Assembly: GCA_965649765.1 (NCBI GenBank)
Contig: OZ287749.1
Span: 21,142,001-21,206,000, forward strand
Origin: Bispira polyomma
Taxonomy: Eukaryota
DNA length: 64,000 bases
Reading direction: 5' to 3'
Shown: piece by piece, positions 23,731 through 37,375 of the stretch
Numbering within the stretch: the first letter of the stretch is position 1
How the letters are laid out: each line of letters starts with the position of its first letter
Program-made: the position numbers and the translations under genes
The notes under the pieces: generated by a model
The model's database searches: none
What the model was told of the DNA's origin: nothing
The model's input: only the letters and a program-made list of their open reading frames with translations

Positions 23731-26700
23731 CTTTTTTTTTCTTTTTTTTTGTATTCATTTCTTTTTTCACAATATACATAGCACAATTTTAAACAGCACT
23801 TCACAAATTGTGTATCTTGCTTCTTATCTAATATTTAAGGTTGTATACAACCATCTTTGTTTCTCAAGCCAAAATTGTAAGAACAATCGAATAAGTAATG
23901 CTCTATGGTATCAACTAAATTACAATAATTACATGTGGGAGTATCCTTTATATTCCATCTTTTTAAATTTAAGCTCCAATTCAGAATTCTGTTTACTATT
24001 TTGTATTGAAAGGTTTGCAGAACCTACTCTTTTACCATACTGTGAATTGCCTTAAATATTTGATTCCGTGGTGCTACCTCCATAAAAGGAAAAAGATCCA
24101 CCCATGTATCAATTGCAGTGGGCTTTTTAAGTTTACAGTTAATAACTTCCCAGTAGAGCTTTGTTATTAATTTTTGATATTTTTTTACCTATTCCATTTA
24201 CATTGACCATTGGTTCTCGTGTTACTTCTATGTCAGTAATAGAATTATTTTAAACTTTTTCTTGCCATGATATAGGCATTGCACTAAAAATGGTGTGTAG
24301 GCTAGAATACTTGTTCAAATTTGATTCTGCTTTAAGCTGCTCAAAGGTAACAAAATGTCCTTGGTTTGTTAAAAAGTCTTTCAAAATCAAATCCTTAGTA
24401 TGCAACTTAGTTAAGTTGTAGTTTCTTGCCAGTAAAGGCTTTTTATCAGAGCAGATATATTTGTTATCAAAGATGAGTTCATTACAAATATCTTATATTG
24501 TTCTGGGGGGTCGTCCATTTATCTCTTGCCAGCTTTCAAACAGTTGTTTATGAAAAAAGGGTTTTGCATTTGTCTCAATAAAAATTTGGTAGTTTATTTT
24601 TTATTCTCTGTCTACCTATATTTAACAGATGCTATGTCAAATATTGCCACTTTCCTGTCTCTGAGTTACACCCTAATAGTTTTTTACCCACTTTATTTTT
24701 GATGCTGTGTGTATTGTGTATATATCTGACATTCTGAGTCCCCCCTTGTCATAATTTGCAATAATTGTGCTACATATTGACATTAAATATGTGATCTGAG
24801 GTAACACTAAAGCTTTCATTATTAAAATTTTACCTTGGAGGGATAAATTTCGACAGCTCCAAATTTGTAGTATTTTTTCTATATTTGGCAATTTTTCACT
24901 ATAATTTAAAGATATTGCTTCACTCCTGTCATATGAAAACCATATCCCTAGTGTTTGAAGTAAGACCGGTTTATGGTTATTTTGGATAAATCCCTTGGCA
25001 ACTTAAAATTTTTTAACTTCATTTTCCAATTGGAATTGCTTCTGTTTTGGTTATTTTAAGTCCAGAGCAGATTTGAAACTTTTCCAAGACTGAGATCAGA
25101 TTCATTATAGAGTTGAAATCACTTACCTGTTGTGTCATCCGCTAACTAACATATTTTATATACTTTTTTTCCACCACAATTCCTTCTATGTCTTTATCAT
25201 TCCTAATTTTTATTGCCATAATTTCAGTAACTATAATAAATACGAGCGCAGATATTGGGCATCCTTGCCTAATTCCTCTAGTCAGTTTAAACCAATTGGA
25301 AAAGTATCCATTATTACTGACACATGAGGATATATTTGTATATAGTATCTTTATCCATTGCAAAAACGTAGTTCCAAAATTGAAAGCTGCCAATGATTTG
25401 AAGAGAAATGACCAATCTTCACTATCAAATGCTTTTTCGAAATTAACAAGAATAATATAACCCGGTATTTGCTTCAAATCTGTGTATGTCATGATGTCTT
25501 CTATAATTCTGACATTTTCTCCTATATATCTGTCTTTGACATAGCCTACCTGGTCACATTCTATTAGCTTTGGCAAAACTGATTGTAATCTGTTTGCTAA
25601 TGCTTTTGTCAATATTTTATAGTCTGTATTCAAAATTGTAACTGATCGCCAATTTTGTAGGTATCTTAGATCCTTATTTGATTTTGGTATTAGATTTAAA
25701 ACTCCCCTCTGCTGATCCTCAGACAGCAGTTTATTTTCAAATCAATAATTGAAGCTGTCAAACAATAAATTTCTTAGATTTGGCCAAAAGAATTTGTAGA
25801 AGTTTGTGGTAAATCCATCAAAGCCTGATGATTTATCATTTTTTAATTCTTCAAGAGCATTTTCTATTTCATTCATCCCTAAAGACCTGTCACATAACTG
25901 CTTATCAAAATTACTTAACTGAGGAATGTTTTCAGTGTTTAAAAAATCCTTGTAAATTTCATTGTCATCAGATACCTTTTTTGAATATAAGTCTTTGTAA
26001 AAGGTTTTCTCTTCTTCAAGTATTTTTTTCTGGATTGGTTACTTCTGATATGTCTTTTAGAATCAATTTTTTTTATGTATTTCATGTTATAATTCCTTTT
26101 TTCAAAATTTAGGAAATATTTAGCATTTTTTTCCCCTTCTTCAACCCAATGTGCCTTTGATCTTAGAATGATGCCTTCTGCTTTTATGTTTTGTAAGAGT
26201 TCCCATTCTTGTTTTACTTCTATGTATTCCTTAAATTTTTCAGTGTTGTCCTTAATTTCACTTTCTAGTCTTTCTAAGTTTTCTATCAAATATTTCTCTC
26301 GTTACTTACTTTTCCTTGCTTTTGATTTTGAGTATGAAATTGTAACTGACTGTATTTGGCTCTTTGTAAAGTCCCTGAGGGTGTTTTTATTGTTTATATA
26401 GTTAATATTTTTAATATCCTGTAACTCAGTTTTGACCAAATTTGTATATGTCTCGTCAAGTAGCAGATTGTTATTAAATAACTTTTCCCTCTCCGCTGAG
26501 TACTTATAAGTTCTATACTTATTTTAATTATATTATTGTCTGAATTAAAGCTAGGCTTAATGTCACAGCCACATATTTGGTAAGCTATTGAAAGAGATGT
26601 GAGAAAGTGATCTAATCTTGATTGTACAAAGCCTGCTTTTGTGTTTTCTTCTTGTAAATCTAAGCTCTTTTAGATTACGTAATGTCCATATATCCATAAG

Positions 26701-29700
26701 GTGAATTTCATCCATGAAAGAAGTTAAACCCTTTACCTATTGCGATACCGAGTCTTGATTTCCGCCTCTTTTATCTAAACTTTGATTGATACAGGCATTA
26801 AAGACCCCCCCCCCCCCATTACTATGTTTCTTTCTTTCACTGTTCTGTTCAATTACATTTCTTAGATACTGGAGAAATTTGCCAATTTGCTTGATCTTTT
26901 GTTGGAGCGTAAATATTGATTATTGTAAAGGAGTTTTCTTCGATGTCACAGTTTACAGCTATCATCCTACTCTGCATGTCCCTTGTGACCTCTAAAAGAT
27001 TGACCTTTGAGAATCATTTTACTGGTATTAAGAGAGCCGTTCCTTTACTTTGAGATGTCCCATCTGCAAAACATATATTCCCTTCCCACTCTTTTTCCCA
27101 GCTTTGCCTATCTGTTAATACAGAGTGTGTTTCTTGCAAAAGAATCAATCCTGAATTATTCCCTTTAAGCCAATTAAAAACAGACAGTCTTTTTCTCTTA
27201 TCTCTTATACCTCTACAATTGAAAGAGCTGATTCTTATGTTTTCTTTGTTGTCATTTACCTAGTAATATAAATAATCTTTGCTGCTGTCCTTTTTTGCTA
27301 AAGTACAAAAATAGTCTCCCAATCTGCCCCACCAAAGTGTCCTCAATAATTTTTATTTAAAAAAAAAATTTCATTTTACATTTAACCATACAGGAAACAC
27401 AAACATTACAGAAAGAAAACATTAAAAACATGGACACATAAACTACATAACCCATGACTTTCCTTGCACACATAACATGGTTTGTTTAATGTGTTTTCTA
27501 GCACTCTTTTTCAAAGTCATATTTAGTCGAAAAAGAATTTCCAGAGGAAAAAAAAATTGTACTTAATTATATATTTCTCACACAATTTTTGTTCTGTTCA
27601 AGATGCTTTAAGCTGTTTTAAACCAATAACCATTAATGTATCCTATCACATAAACAAAATTTTTGGTCTATTCAAGATGCGTTGAGCGTTGTTGTACTTT
27701 AAAGATACTTTACTAATCTAGTCATATACTTATAGTGTTTTGGCACATTTGAATTTCACCACCCAATTTTTATATAAAAAAACATAATATAGTTAAATTT
27801 TTCCTGAGTTTAGTATGAACTAGTATTTTGAAGTATCTAACAACTTAATATGTTGCTTCCAAATGCCCTATTACAGATTTACCAGGTAATGGAAATGATA
27901 GATTTAACTAATTTCTGAGACACAATATTTCTGTACAAAAGTATAAAAAAATATTGCCCAACATGTGTTACTTCATGATATTTTAATATCCAATAGTTAG
28001 GCAAAGTTTAACAAATAAATAGGTCTCTCTATCTGATTACTCTCAAGTATAAATATTGCTTGCAAATAGCAATCTTATCAGCAATTATAAATGAACTACC
28101 ATTAGTTAAATATATTATTACATTAAGTCAGAACTCAGACTTTCACTGAACAAGCATATCATTATTTTACTCAACTTTAGTTATACACATAGTTCAATAA
28201 TTTGAGATATCAGAAAATAAGTATTAGACATTCTTTTAGTCAATAAAAAGGTTACCACTATGTTTGCAGTAATCATATTTGCTATTAATAATATAAACAG
28301 CTATTGTTGTATTTAGTTATTCATTGTATTACAGTCAATGAAATAATAGATAAAGTGTCACTCACTGTTGATAACATTAGTATAGTCTAAACTTAAACCT
28401 GCTCTTTTTGCAGAGCACCAACCACACGCATAAGGCTTTTGCCCATCAGATTTTCACCCTGCCAATGTTGTTCCTTCCAGATACAAATATCTCCTAGTGA
28501 CAAACAAACACCATTAACTTTGCCATAAACTTGTTAGCTTCAGCAACATTGTCATACCCACTGATCTTCTTTCCAAGTGCTTGATTTCAACAGGATCATC
28601 CACTTCTGCAAATGTTTTAATAAGCTTCTGGGCCCGTATTCTCGAACGTATACTCAGCTTAAACTCATACTCAACTCAAATATAGACTCTGTGGAAATTA
28701 ATGTACATGGAAATAACCTATACTTGTGACCATTCATTTTAATAGAGCTTTCAACACTGAATTCAAATATGAAGTCAGATTTTAGATAGGTTTACTGTAT
28801 GCAGAGTTATAGAGAATCCAGATTTGAGTTGAGTATGAGTTTAAGCTGAGTATACGTTCGAGAATACCAGCCCTGGTCCACAAATATTTGAACTAGTCTT
28901 ATGAAGAGATATTTCTCCATGCTGCTATATTTTTTCACCCTAAATAACGAAGCTGCATCAATGGTGGTTTAATAAGATGCTATGTTGGGAATAGAATGCT
29001 GTTACAGTACCACTGGTTGGAGTAAATAGTTTGTTGAGGTCTAGATGTTCAGGCAACTTTGATAGGTCTCTCAGCCCAAAAGCTCTTCCTTTAACACTGA
29101 GCTTGTCTTCTTTGAGGAATACTTGTGTCTTGTCTTCCTTGCTGAAGGCTGCCTTGATTGGTGCCATCACTGGATACAGCTTTCGCCTGTTTTGTTCTAC
29201 TCCTGCTAAAATATCTGTAGCTGTAAAAATATTTTTATTTTCATGAAGACCTTTTCTTACTTTTAGGATGTTCTGCTTATCTTTGTAGTTTGATAGCCTT
29301 GCTATAACTATGCCACAGATATCCCTTTTGAATGGAGCCAGTCTGTGGATCCTTTCGAATGATCTATTGTTAAACTTGCTGCCTGCATCTAAATATCCAT
29401 TGCAGATATCTACTAGTTTTGTATCTAAGTCTTCAAAAAAATTTTCTATTACATTATGAAACCTGATATTGTTTTTTCTTTGAATTCCTTCCAATTTTTT
29501 TATATGTTCCTGCGTTCTTTGATTCTCCTGTGTCAACTTCTGAACATCACACTCATGTACCTGCTTAACTTGTCTTAAATTTGGTTGCAATTCCACAATA
29601 TCCTGCTAGGTTGCAATTCCACAATATCCTGCTAGGTGTCAAATATTCCTTAAATTTTTCTTTTAGTACTTCCTGAAAGATTTTCTTAAAGTAATCTTAG

Positions 29701-30400
29701 CTTGGTAAGGTCTGAACTTCTGGTGAGAAGGCCATTTCTTTGTTAGGTCTTAGGTCTTTTTAGAGTCTGGGTATGCATTGCCTATATCTCTCACTAGAAC
29801 TTGTATTATACAGTAGTATATTTATAATTTTGTCTTTTAAATAGTATCTTCTAAGTTACACTTTAGTATCCATACTATCCCAATTCGCGTAATCCACTGT
29901 ACACTAATTGTCACAAACATCAATTCTTTGCCAAGAGTTAATTTTTGTCACCTAAATTTCCTTTTTACTACAATGTTGACAGTTTACACCAATGTAGCAC
30001 TAATTTGACCTTATGTTGTGTTCAAAGTGTACAACCACCTTGTACAGTATTAAACGTTTTATAGATGCCCTGTGTGACTTTTATTTCCCTTTATTAAATA
30101 ATGCTTTTTGTTCAAAGCTTAGCCCAGCACAAATACCTTTTACGGTATTGCATGTTTTCAAGGCTCTTTCGTGTCAACTTTTTTATTCTCCAAGCAGTGA
30201 ACTTTTCTCCCTCTGAAATTCCTTTCACCTTTTCCTTCTATTGTTTTGATTCAATTAAATGTTTGTCAGGTAGTCTTTTTAATTGCATAATATGCCCTTT
30301 CACTATTTAAATAAAGTTTTCTCTCTAATAATTACATGTGTAATTTTTCAATGAATGTAAACGGAAAGTTTATATACCTTGGCCTCATGAATTTTGCTAT
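23731..30400 (-). mobile_element. Degenerate near-full-length L1/Tx1-clade LINE
   Basis: ORF1 remnant 28400-29750 (RKNNIRF, ERIHRL, IARLSNYKDK). ORF2 remnant ~24000-27240 with APE (SFNCRGIRD, LLQETH), WVEEGEKNAKYF, DYKILTKALANRL, RGIRQGCPIS, GGL. T-rich 3' tail at ~23731-23765. 5' end approximate. Confidence 0.88.
28631..28872. mobile_element. MITE (Harbinger-like) inserted in L1 ORF1
   Basis: ~50-bp TIRs (ggcccgtattctcgaacgtatactcagcttaaactcatactcaactcaaa) and a 3-bp CTG TSD at 28628-28630 and 28873-28875. Confidence 0.85.
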
Positions 30401-31049
30401 CCAGGGTTAAGCCTTAAAAATCCTCAGTATGAGGGATTGAGTTCTTTCCAGTTTATTTTCGGATACGTAGGCTGCATGCAAGAGGCAAAAATCTCACTTA
30501 TGTAAATATCATATGCTAGAACATTTAAAACTCTTGATGCAAGATGCCATAGAAACCAATTGGGCGACAGTAAAAAAGACCCATAAATATAGTCCACCAA
30601 ACAATGGAGAGGGGGAAGTTTGATTGGAGGCAGTAGATAAAATCCGCATGAGATGTACGCAGTGAACGCTTCAAAGCAACGATAATCAGCAATGGGGTAA
30701 ATATAGTGCGTAAATATAGTGCGTACTGTTATAATTTGACCAAAAAGTTCTTCTCTCACAGGCAAATTGAATGTCATAAGTTTTATAAAAAAACAGGGAA
30801 AAGAAAGACACACCCTGTGTCTCGAAATTTGTAGAAATAAAAGATTATTTCAAGATTGAAATAGTAACTTTCATATGGATATATTAAATTTCATTAGTGT
30901 ATCTAAATCTAGTTTACATTTAAATAATGAAAATGTTATTGATTTTTCTAACGTCATTGACATGATATCAGCCCTGCCAGTTGCAGGACATGATGTTAAT
31001 GATAGTTTTATGAAGATGTGTATAGAGCCACGCACAAAAGCGTGTCATA

Positions 31050-34000
31050 ATTGGTGACATAGTGGTTCCCCCACCCCCTGAACAGTGAGAGCTGGCAAGA
31101 TAGTTTTGTTGGAGAAAAACAAATCCCACACGAAATAGTTAAGAAGGAACAAAGCGTTTTTAATAATGATTTTAGTGGCATTGTTTTTAATGGTGATTTT
31201 AGTCAAAATACAGAGGTTTGTACACCGGATGTCGATAAGTATATACCTTCAGATATTGAAAATTCATTTGAAATTGATGGGTTATACAAATGCTTAGAGG
31301 TGGACAATTCAATAGCAAAATTTTCTGAATGGTCCACTTCCTATGATGAAAACAAATCTATTAGTACTTTGACAGATACATGTGTACACATTACACATAA
31401 CTCTAGAATTTGGCCCAAAACTGACTTCAGTAGTGAAAACTTTTTAATGTACAAGTGTTGTAGCATTTTAATATTCACAAATATGACAACTGATAGAAAT
31501 TCTACTAGTACAGAAGCAGCACAAAGGTTAGCTGAAGTCAATAACACACATGAGTTCTGTCATATTAAAAGGCCAAAACCTTTTCATAAAAATCACACCT
31601 TATTAGGTGCACATATCAAAAGTCCACAAGCGGACACCGACAGGGTGATTGAAAATCAAGAAAGGGGGATCATACTATAAATAGCATTTGCATTCTAAAC
31701 AATATATTTCACTCAACAGTGTTCAATGCACATAAAATGGAACAGCTATTCCATAGAAATGTTGGTTTTATAGCAGATCTTATGCCTAGATCACTCTCTT
31801 TTAGTAGTGGTAACATAATAAAAACTGATAATTTTTTGCAATGGGTTAGTGTTGTACATGAAATGGTGACTGGTACAAATATGCCTAATTATGTGGGAGC
31901 ACGAATAGAAGTGCCTTTAGATCTTAACATAAGTCATTGGAGGACAATGATGAGAAATCATCTAGTCTCTGTTCTAACAGAAAACTTACAGTTCGGATTC
32001 CCCTTATGTATAAATAAACAGACTTTCACTTACAACACTCAGGCAGAGAATCATTCTTCAGCCAAAATATTTCCACTTGATGTCGATATATATTTGCAGA
32101 AAGAATTGAAACATAAGGCTATAGTGGGCCCTTGTAATCAAGAAAGTTCATATTTCACCCATGTTATCTAGGCCGAAGCCTAATGCGTCTATGTGCATTA
32201 TTGTTGATTATCAGTCAATGCAGCTATTGAGGATGACACTTATGACAATTAAAATTTTTTTACTGAAATATCCCACAGTCGATGATATTGTGCAACAAAT
32301 AGCCTAATCAGGATCTGATGTTATTATACAAGGTGGATATAAGCCAAACTTATATAAGTGGATATAAGCCGAACAAACAAGCATAACAGACATTATTCGT
32401 GTCGTCATAACGTCAAAGCGATTCACAGTTTGAAATTATATAGATGACGTGATCGGCATATAAAGTACAGCTGATGCTCAGCGTGCATTTCAAACTTTGA
32501 CGGCTTTATTTCATTATTTGGGATAGCCTCTGAATCCGGATAAGTTGGAAGCCCCGGCTAAGCAATTAGTATGCATGGGCATCAACGTTGATATCACTTC
32601 CGGAATTATTTCAATACCATCTAAAAAACTAGCGGAAATGCAACAAATATGTAAAATTTGGACGTCCAAGACGCATGCTACAAGAAAGCAATTGCAAAGC
32701 TTGATAGGCCATTTGACCTATGCACACAAATGTGTTCAGCCTGCCAGGCTCTTGTGAACTCTATGTTACATCTCTTGAAAACTAATCCTATGGCTGGTAA
32801 AGTTCATTGCCAGAATACTTTTTTCTCGACTTGCGTTGGTTTGTTGAGTTCCTTGCCAAATTTAATGGTAAAATAGTTTTCAATCGCATTAAATCTCAAA
32901 TTGTAATGCATGTAGATGCCTTGTTAACAGGCATAAGGGCTATTTGGGCTGATAATATTTATGCAGCCACTTACCAATTAGAGAAAGTTAGGGGACTCAC
33001 AATAGTGCACCTAGAGATTTTAAATATTGTTATTGCATTTCAAATTTTGACCAAACATTTTCAGCATTGTAAGCTTCAAATTTGGTGTGATAAATTAATT
33101 CTGGAAAATGCAAGATGCATATTTGATGGGTTGTGCGCTTACTCTTTGGAGCTTAACAGCAAAACATGACATCACAGTGCAGTATTCACACATATATGGT
33201 GCAGAAAATAAATTTGCAGATTGTTTATCTCCATGATAATCACCCAAAGTTGATCAGAACGTTGTTCCTTGTTTATTAGACTGTAAATGGTGGCCTGTAG
33301 GGGACACTCTTTGTGAACCAAATTTTCAAATCTAATACTGCATTGCAGGAATGGTGTTGGGTAACAAGTTGCTGAATAATGCTGACAGCAGAATACACAA
33401 TGCCCTCAGACCAGCTATAGCTGCAGCATACAAAGGCAAATTTTATCTTTTTCTTGCCTTTTTCCATTTATTACAAGGTCTCACTTCATACTCTTGATAC
33501 AGTGATTATGCTCTTGGAATATTTGGTCACACAAAACATTTCATCTAGCTCATTGAGAAACTATATCTTGGTGATCAAGCACTTCGCTCAACTTTATGAT
33601 TAACTACAGAATTATTTGGCACATAGGAAAATTGCTCTTTTTATTAAAGCAGTAGCTAACAATTTTCCCAATCAGGGTTGGGCCGATGTAATAGAAGTAA
33701 TAGATTTACTGATATTTCAAAGGAATAGATTTCAAAATTTGAAATGTTATAGTAATAGATTGCAAAGTAATAGATTTTATCTAGTATTTAGATTTATCTA
33801 GTGATCTATCTAGTAATAGATTTTTAGATTAAAATTTTTAGATTTAGATTTATCTAGTGATCTATCTAGTATTAGTTTTTATGTAATACTTTTCTACTAC
33901 TTTCTATTACTTTCTTTGTTTCATTATGAAACATATTTTATTATGCACTTACATTATGACACTGTATGAAAAAAAATATCTTGTGAGATTTCCACCTACA

Positions 34001-35060
34001 GCATAAAGATTTCAAGGATATTTAAATAAATCCTTTTCAACAACCTCACTGACAAGGGACATTTGCAATAATTTGATTCCTCTTTTTAAAATTATTTCAT
34101 GTTAAAATCCCATATACATCTATTTAGATTTTTTTACACTTAAAAGGATTTTTAATTTTTTAATTTTGTAACACTTTTTAAAAAAAAATGAAACCTTATA
34201 TGAACAATATCTTAATATTTAAGAATATGACACTTCTTTGGGACATGCTACTTTTAGATTTAGACCTAGGATCACCTGTTGACGTGTTAATCTGAAGAAA
34301 ATGTTAAAAGAATATTGCCTGTGACAGACTTAGATTCTCAGATATGTTGTTTTTATCTTCTAGTATATATTCTAAAAGTAATAGAAAGCAATAGAAGTAA
34401 TAGATGGCAAAGTAATAGTAATAGTGATATACTTCAAAATTTAAATGTAATAGTAATAGATGACAATGTATTAGTAATAGATGGCATTCCTATAGGGCTA
34501 AAATAAAAGGGGTGTTTAGTATTCATAACATTCAACAAATTTCTCACTGTTGTGACCAGATTGTCAATGGTGTGACTTATAGAGCAATCTTTCTAGTGAC
34601 CTTTTATGGTTTTTTTAGGCTGTCTAACATGCTATCAAATTCCATGTTCTCGCTCGACGTTGGGTCTCATTTTATAGTGGGGGATGTCGTGTTTGCCCCC
34701 CCCCCCCCCCGTGCACATTTATTAGTGAAGTGGCATAAAGCTTCAAATCAATCAAAAACTGTCCAAATACCTGCCATCAGTGACCCCTACCTTTGCCCTG
34801 TTAGTGCTCTTAGAACTTTGATACAGTTCTATCAGCTGCAATTAAATCAACCATTGTTTGTAATACCCAAGGGTTCTAAATTAGTCCCTGTCACTGCTAG
34901 TAAGGTCAGGCTCACTCTGGCTGGAACCTTGGACAAAATTCAATTACCTTATGCTTCATTTTGGTTTTCATGCCTTTTGACGCTCTGGGGCATTGTATGT
35001 ATTTAATCAAAACGTGCAAATACAGAATCACAAAACACCTGGTGGGTGGAAGAGTGACTA
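31050..35060 (+). mobile_element. Degenerate DIRS-order element 2 (RT/RH/YR remnants)
   Basis: QFGFP, NHSSA, YIDD, CMGINVD, LQSLIGHL, VDA..GI, IVHLEILN, YR FFRLSN and LCPV; boundaries approximate. Confidence 0.8.
33673..34491. mobile_element. Non-autonomous insertion with GTAATAG-rich ends interrupting the YR of element 2
   Basis: Removing it restores ...FPNRAKIKGVF; starts CAGGGTTGGG; GTAATAG repeats at both ends. Confidence 0.7.
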
Positions 35061-36929
35061 GAGTGACTACTGCTGCCTCCTTATACCCCGTTCACACTGT
35101 CCGCGTTCTCTAACAAGTTGGACAAACTTCTGAGAACTGGGCAAAAATGAGTGTAGAACTTGGGCAAACTTGGGTGAACGACAAAGTCGAGAGCTCCACC
35201 TAGAAATTTTTGACATGTTCAAAACTTTTTTTTATTGTTTTATGATTTTACATATATCTAATTTATACACCTATACCTTTATACATCAAATTTTACAACG
35301 AGTCAAAATAATATATAGAAAACCCCTAGCGTGTGCGTGCATGTGTCAAGACCGAGTTATTCTATTTTCAGTATAGACTATATAAACAATACAGAAGTAA
35401 TAAATCACTATGCCTAAACATATAAATGTTCTAAGTGTGCCGGAAACCAGTGGGGAAAAACCATCAATTTGTAGACAATGTTCTCGACAATTCCGGGGAT
35501 GAGATGAATAATTCTTATAGTGAAAGTGAACACTCGTCAGTGAAATCAGTGAATATGAAAATCTTAGAAGAATTAAAGGAATTGGGAGGACGAATGTCAA
35601 AAATAGAGCAAAAAGTGAACTATGGTGACACGTTAGGGACTTCGGCTTCGCAGTATGATACTACTAAACCCGCTTCCACATCAAAGTCGACTGCGGAAGA
35701 CGACCTGGTGATCCCTTCCCTGGCAGTATTGAGACGCTCACAAACAGTCCAGTACCAGGTAGATGACAGACTAAAGGAGCTGGCCCTGCTAAATGAGTCG
35801 GGTAGGTTCAAATCCCAAAGAGGGGGTTAGAAACTGTTTATGTTAAGAAACAGATTCCATGGCCTCAAAGTTATGTGTTAGGGGGAAGCAACAAAGGTAG
35901 GGTCAGTTATGATCAGCTTTCAATGGCACAGTGGATAGCTGGATTTAGCGCTATAATACCCAAAGAATCTGATGTGGTTCTCAAAAATCACATGTTAGAT
36001 TACCTGAATGATATAATGGAGGACAGCCATGACTTCTCTTGGTCTGCCGCCAGGGAAGCTCATGCTGTCCTCTTGTGTAGAATGGAAGATGGCAAAGTAA
36101 CATGGGGCGACACACACCAGATTGGAAGAATCAGAAGGGCACATGCCCAAAAGGTATCTCAAAATGTAGGGGGTAGTTCAATTAAAAAATTTGGCAGAGA
36201 AAAAACTACGGCAATCCCGTGTAGATTCTATCAAAAAGGTTCGTGCTCTCACAAGTCAGACCATGAATGAGGGGGTCAGTTGTATTCTCATGTGTGTGTG
36301 ACATGTGCTGGTTATGGCAAACAGCACACAAATCCGGCAAAAGACTATAAGAAAACTTCAAACCAAAACTCAAATTCAAAAAACGATTAGGGCACTGCCA
36401 AGGGGCAGTGCACAAAAGATCAGAAAAAATCAAATATGATGACGCCTTGGAGGTAAAGAAATTTAATACTAGAATATGTGTAAATAGTGAAATGTGTGAA
36501 AGGGCGAGCATGAATTTGAGACACGTCTGGAAGAAAGTAAATCAAATGTCATATGCACAAGTGGTGCAGGAAGGGAATAAAAAGGAAATCAATAACAAAA
36601 ACGAAAAAGTGGAAACAGTCCCCAAAATCAGCTTGTGCTTTCACAAAATGTCAAATAATGCTCATGTAAAAAGCAAATGGTCCAAAAACACCAACAAATG
36701 CATGTTTACAGGAAATGTAAAACACAAATTGTATAAAAACACTAACTAATGTATGTTTACAGGGAATGTCAGGAAATGTCACCCACCAATAAGGGTGAAT
36801 GCTGGCCCAATTGTTTCCAAATGGGTAAAAGGCAACAATAAGGTGGTTATTTCCCCCCTCCCCAGAAAGGTGGTTTCAAAAAACACTCAGCTCGGGGTGA
36901 ACAAATTAAAAATAACACTTTAAGTGGCA

Positions 36930-37375
36930 CACACAACAGGTTTTCCCCCCTAGAACAATTTAAATGTGAAGAAACCATAGTGATGGGAAACTAAGGGGAA
37001 ATAGTAAATGATCCCACTGCGGAACCCCATAAGGGTCACAACATGCCTAATCCAAAACGAACAGATAACTCAAAGAACTAACATAACAGGTTTGTGCCCC
37101 TAGAACAATTTCAGTTTAAAGAAACCATAGTGACGGGTAACCAAGGGGAAACATTAGATGATCCCACTGCGGAACCCCATAAGGGTCACAACATGACTAA
37201 TACAAAACAAACGGGTAACTCAAAGAACCAACACAACAGGTTTCCCCCCTAGAACAATTTCAATGTGAAGAAACCATAATGATAGGTAACCAAGGGGAAA
37301 TAGTAAATTATCCCACTGCGGAACCCCATAGGGGTCCTAACATGTCTAATACAAAACAGATGGGTGACTCAAAAA
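36930..37375 (+). repeat. Three ~150-bp tandem repeats in the pre-RT region of element 3
   Basis: Units begin acacaacaggttt..cccctagaacaattt at ~36930, 37081 and 37231. Confidence 0.85.
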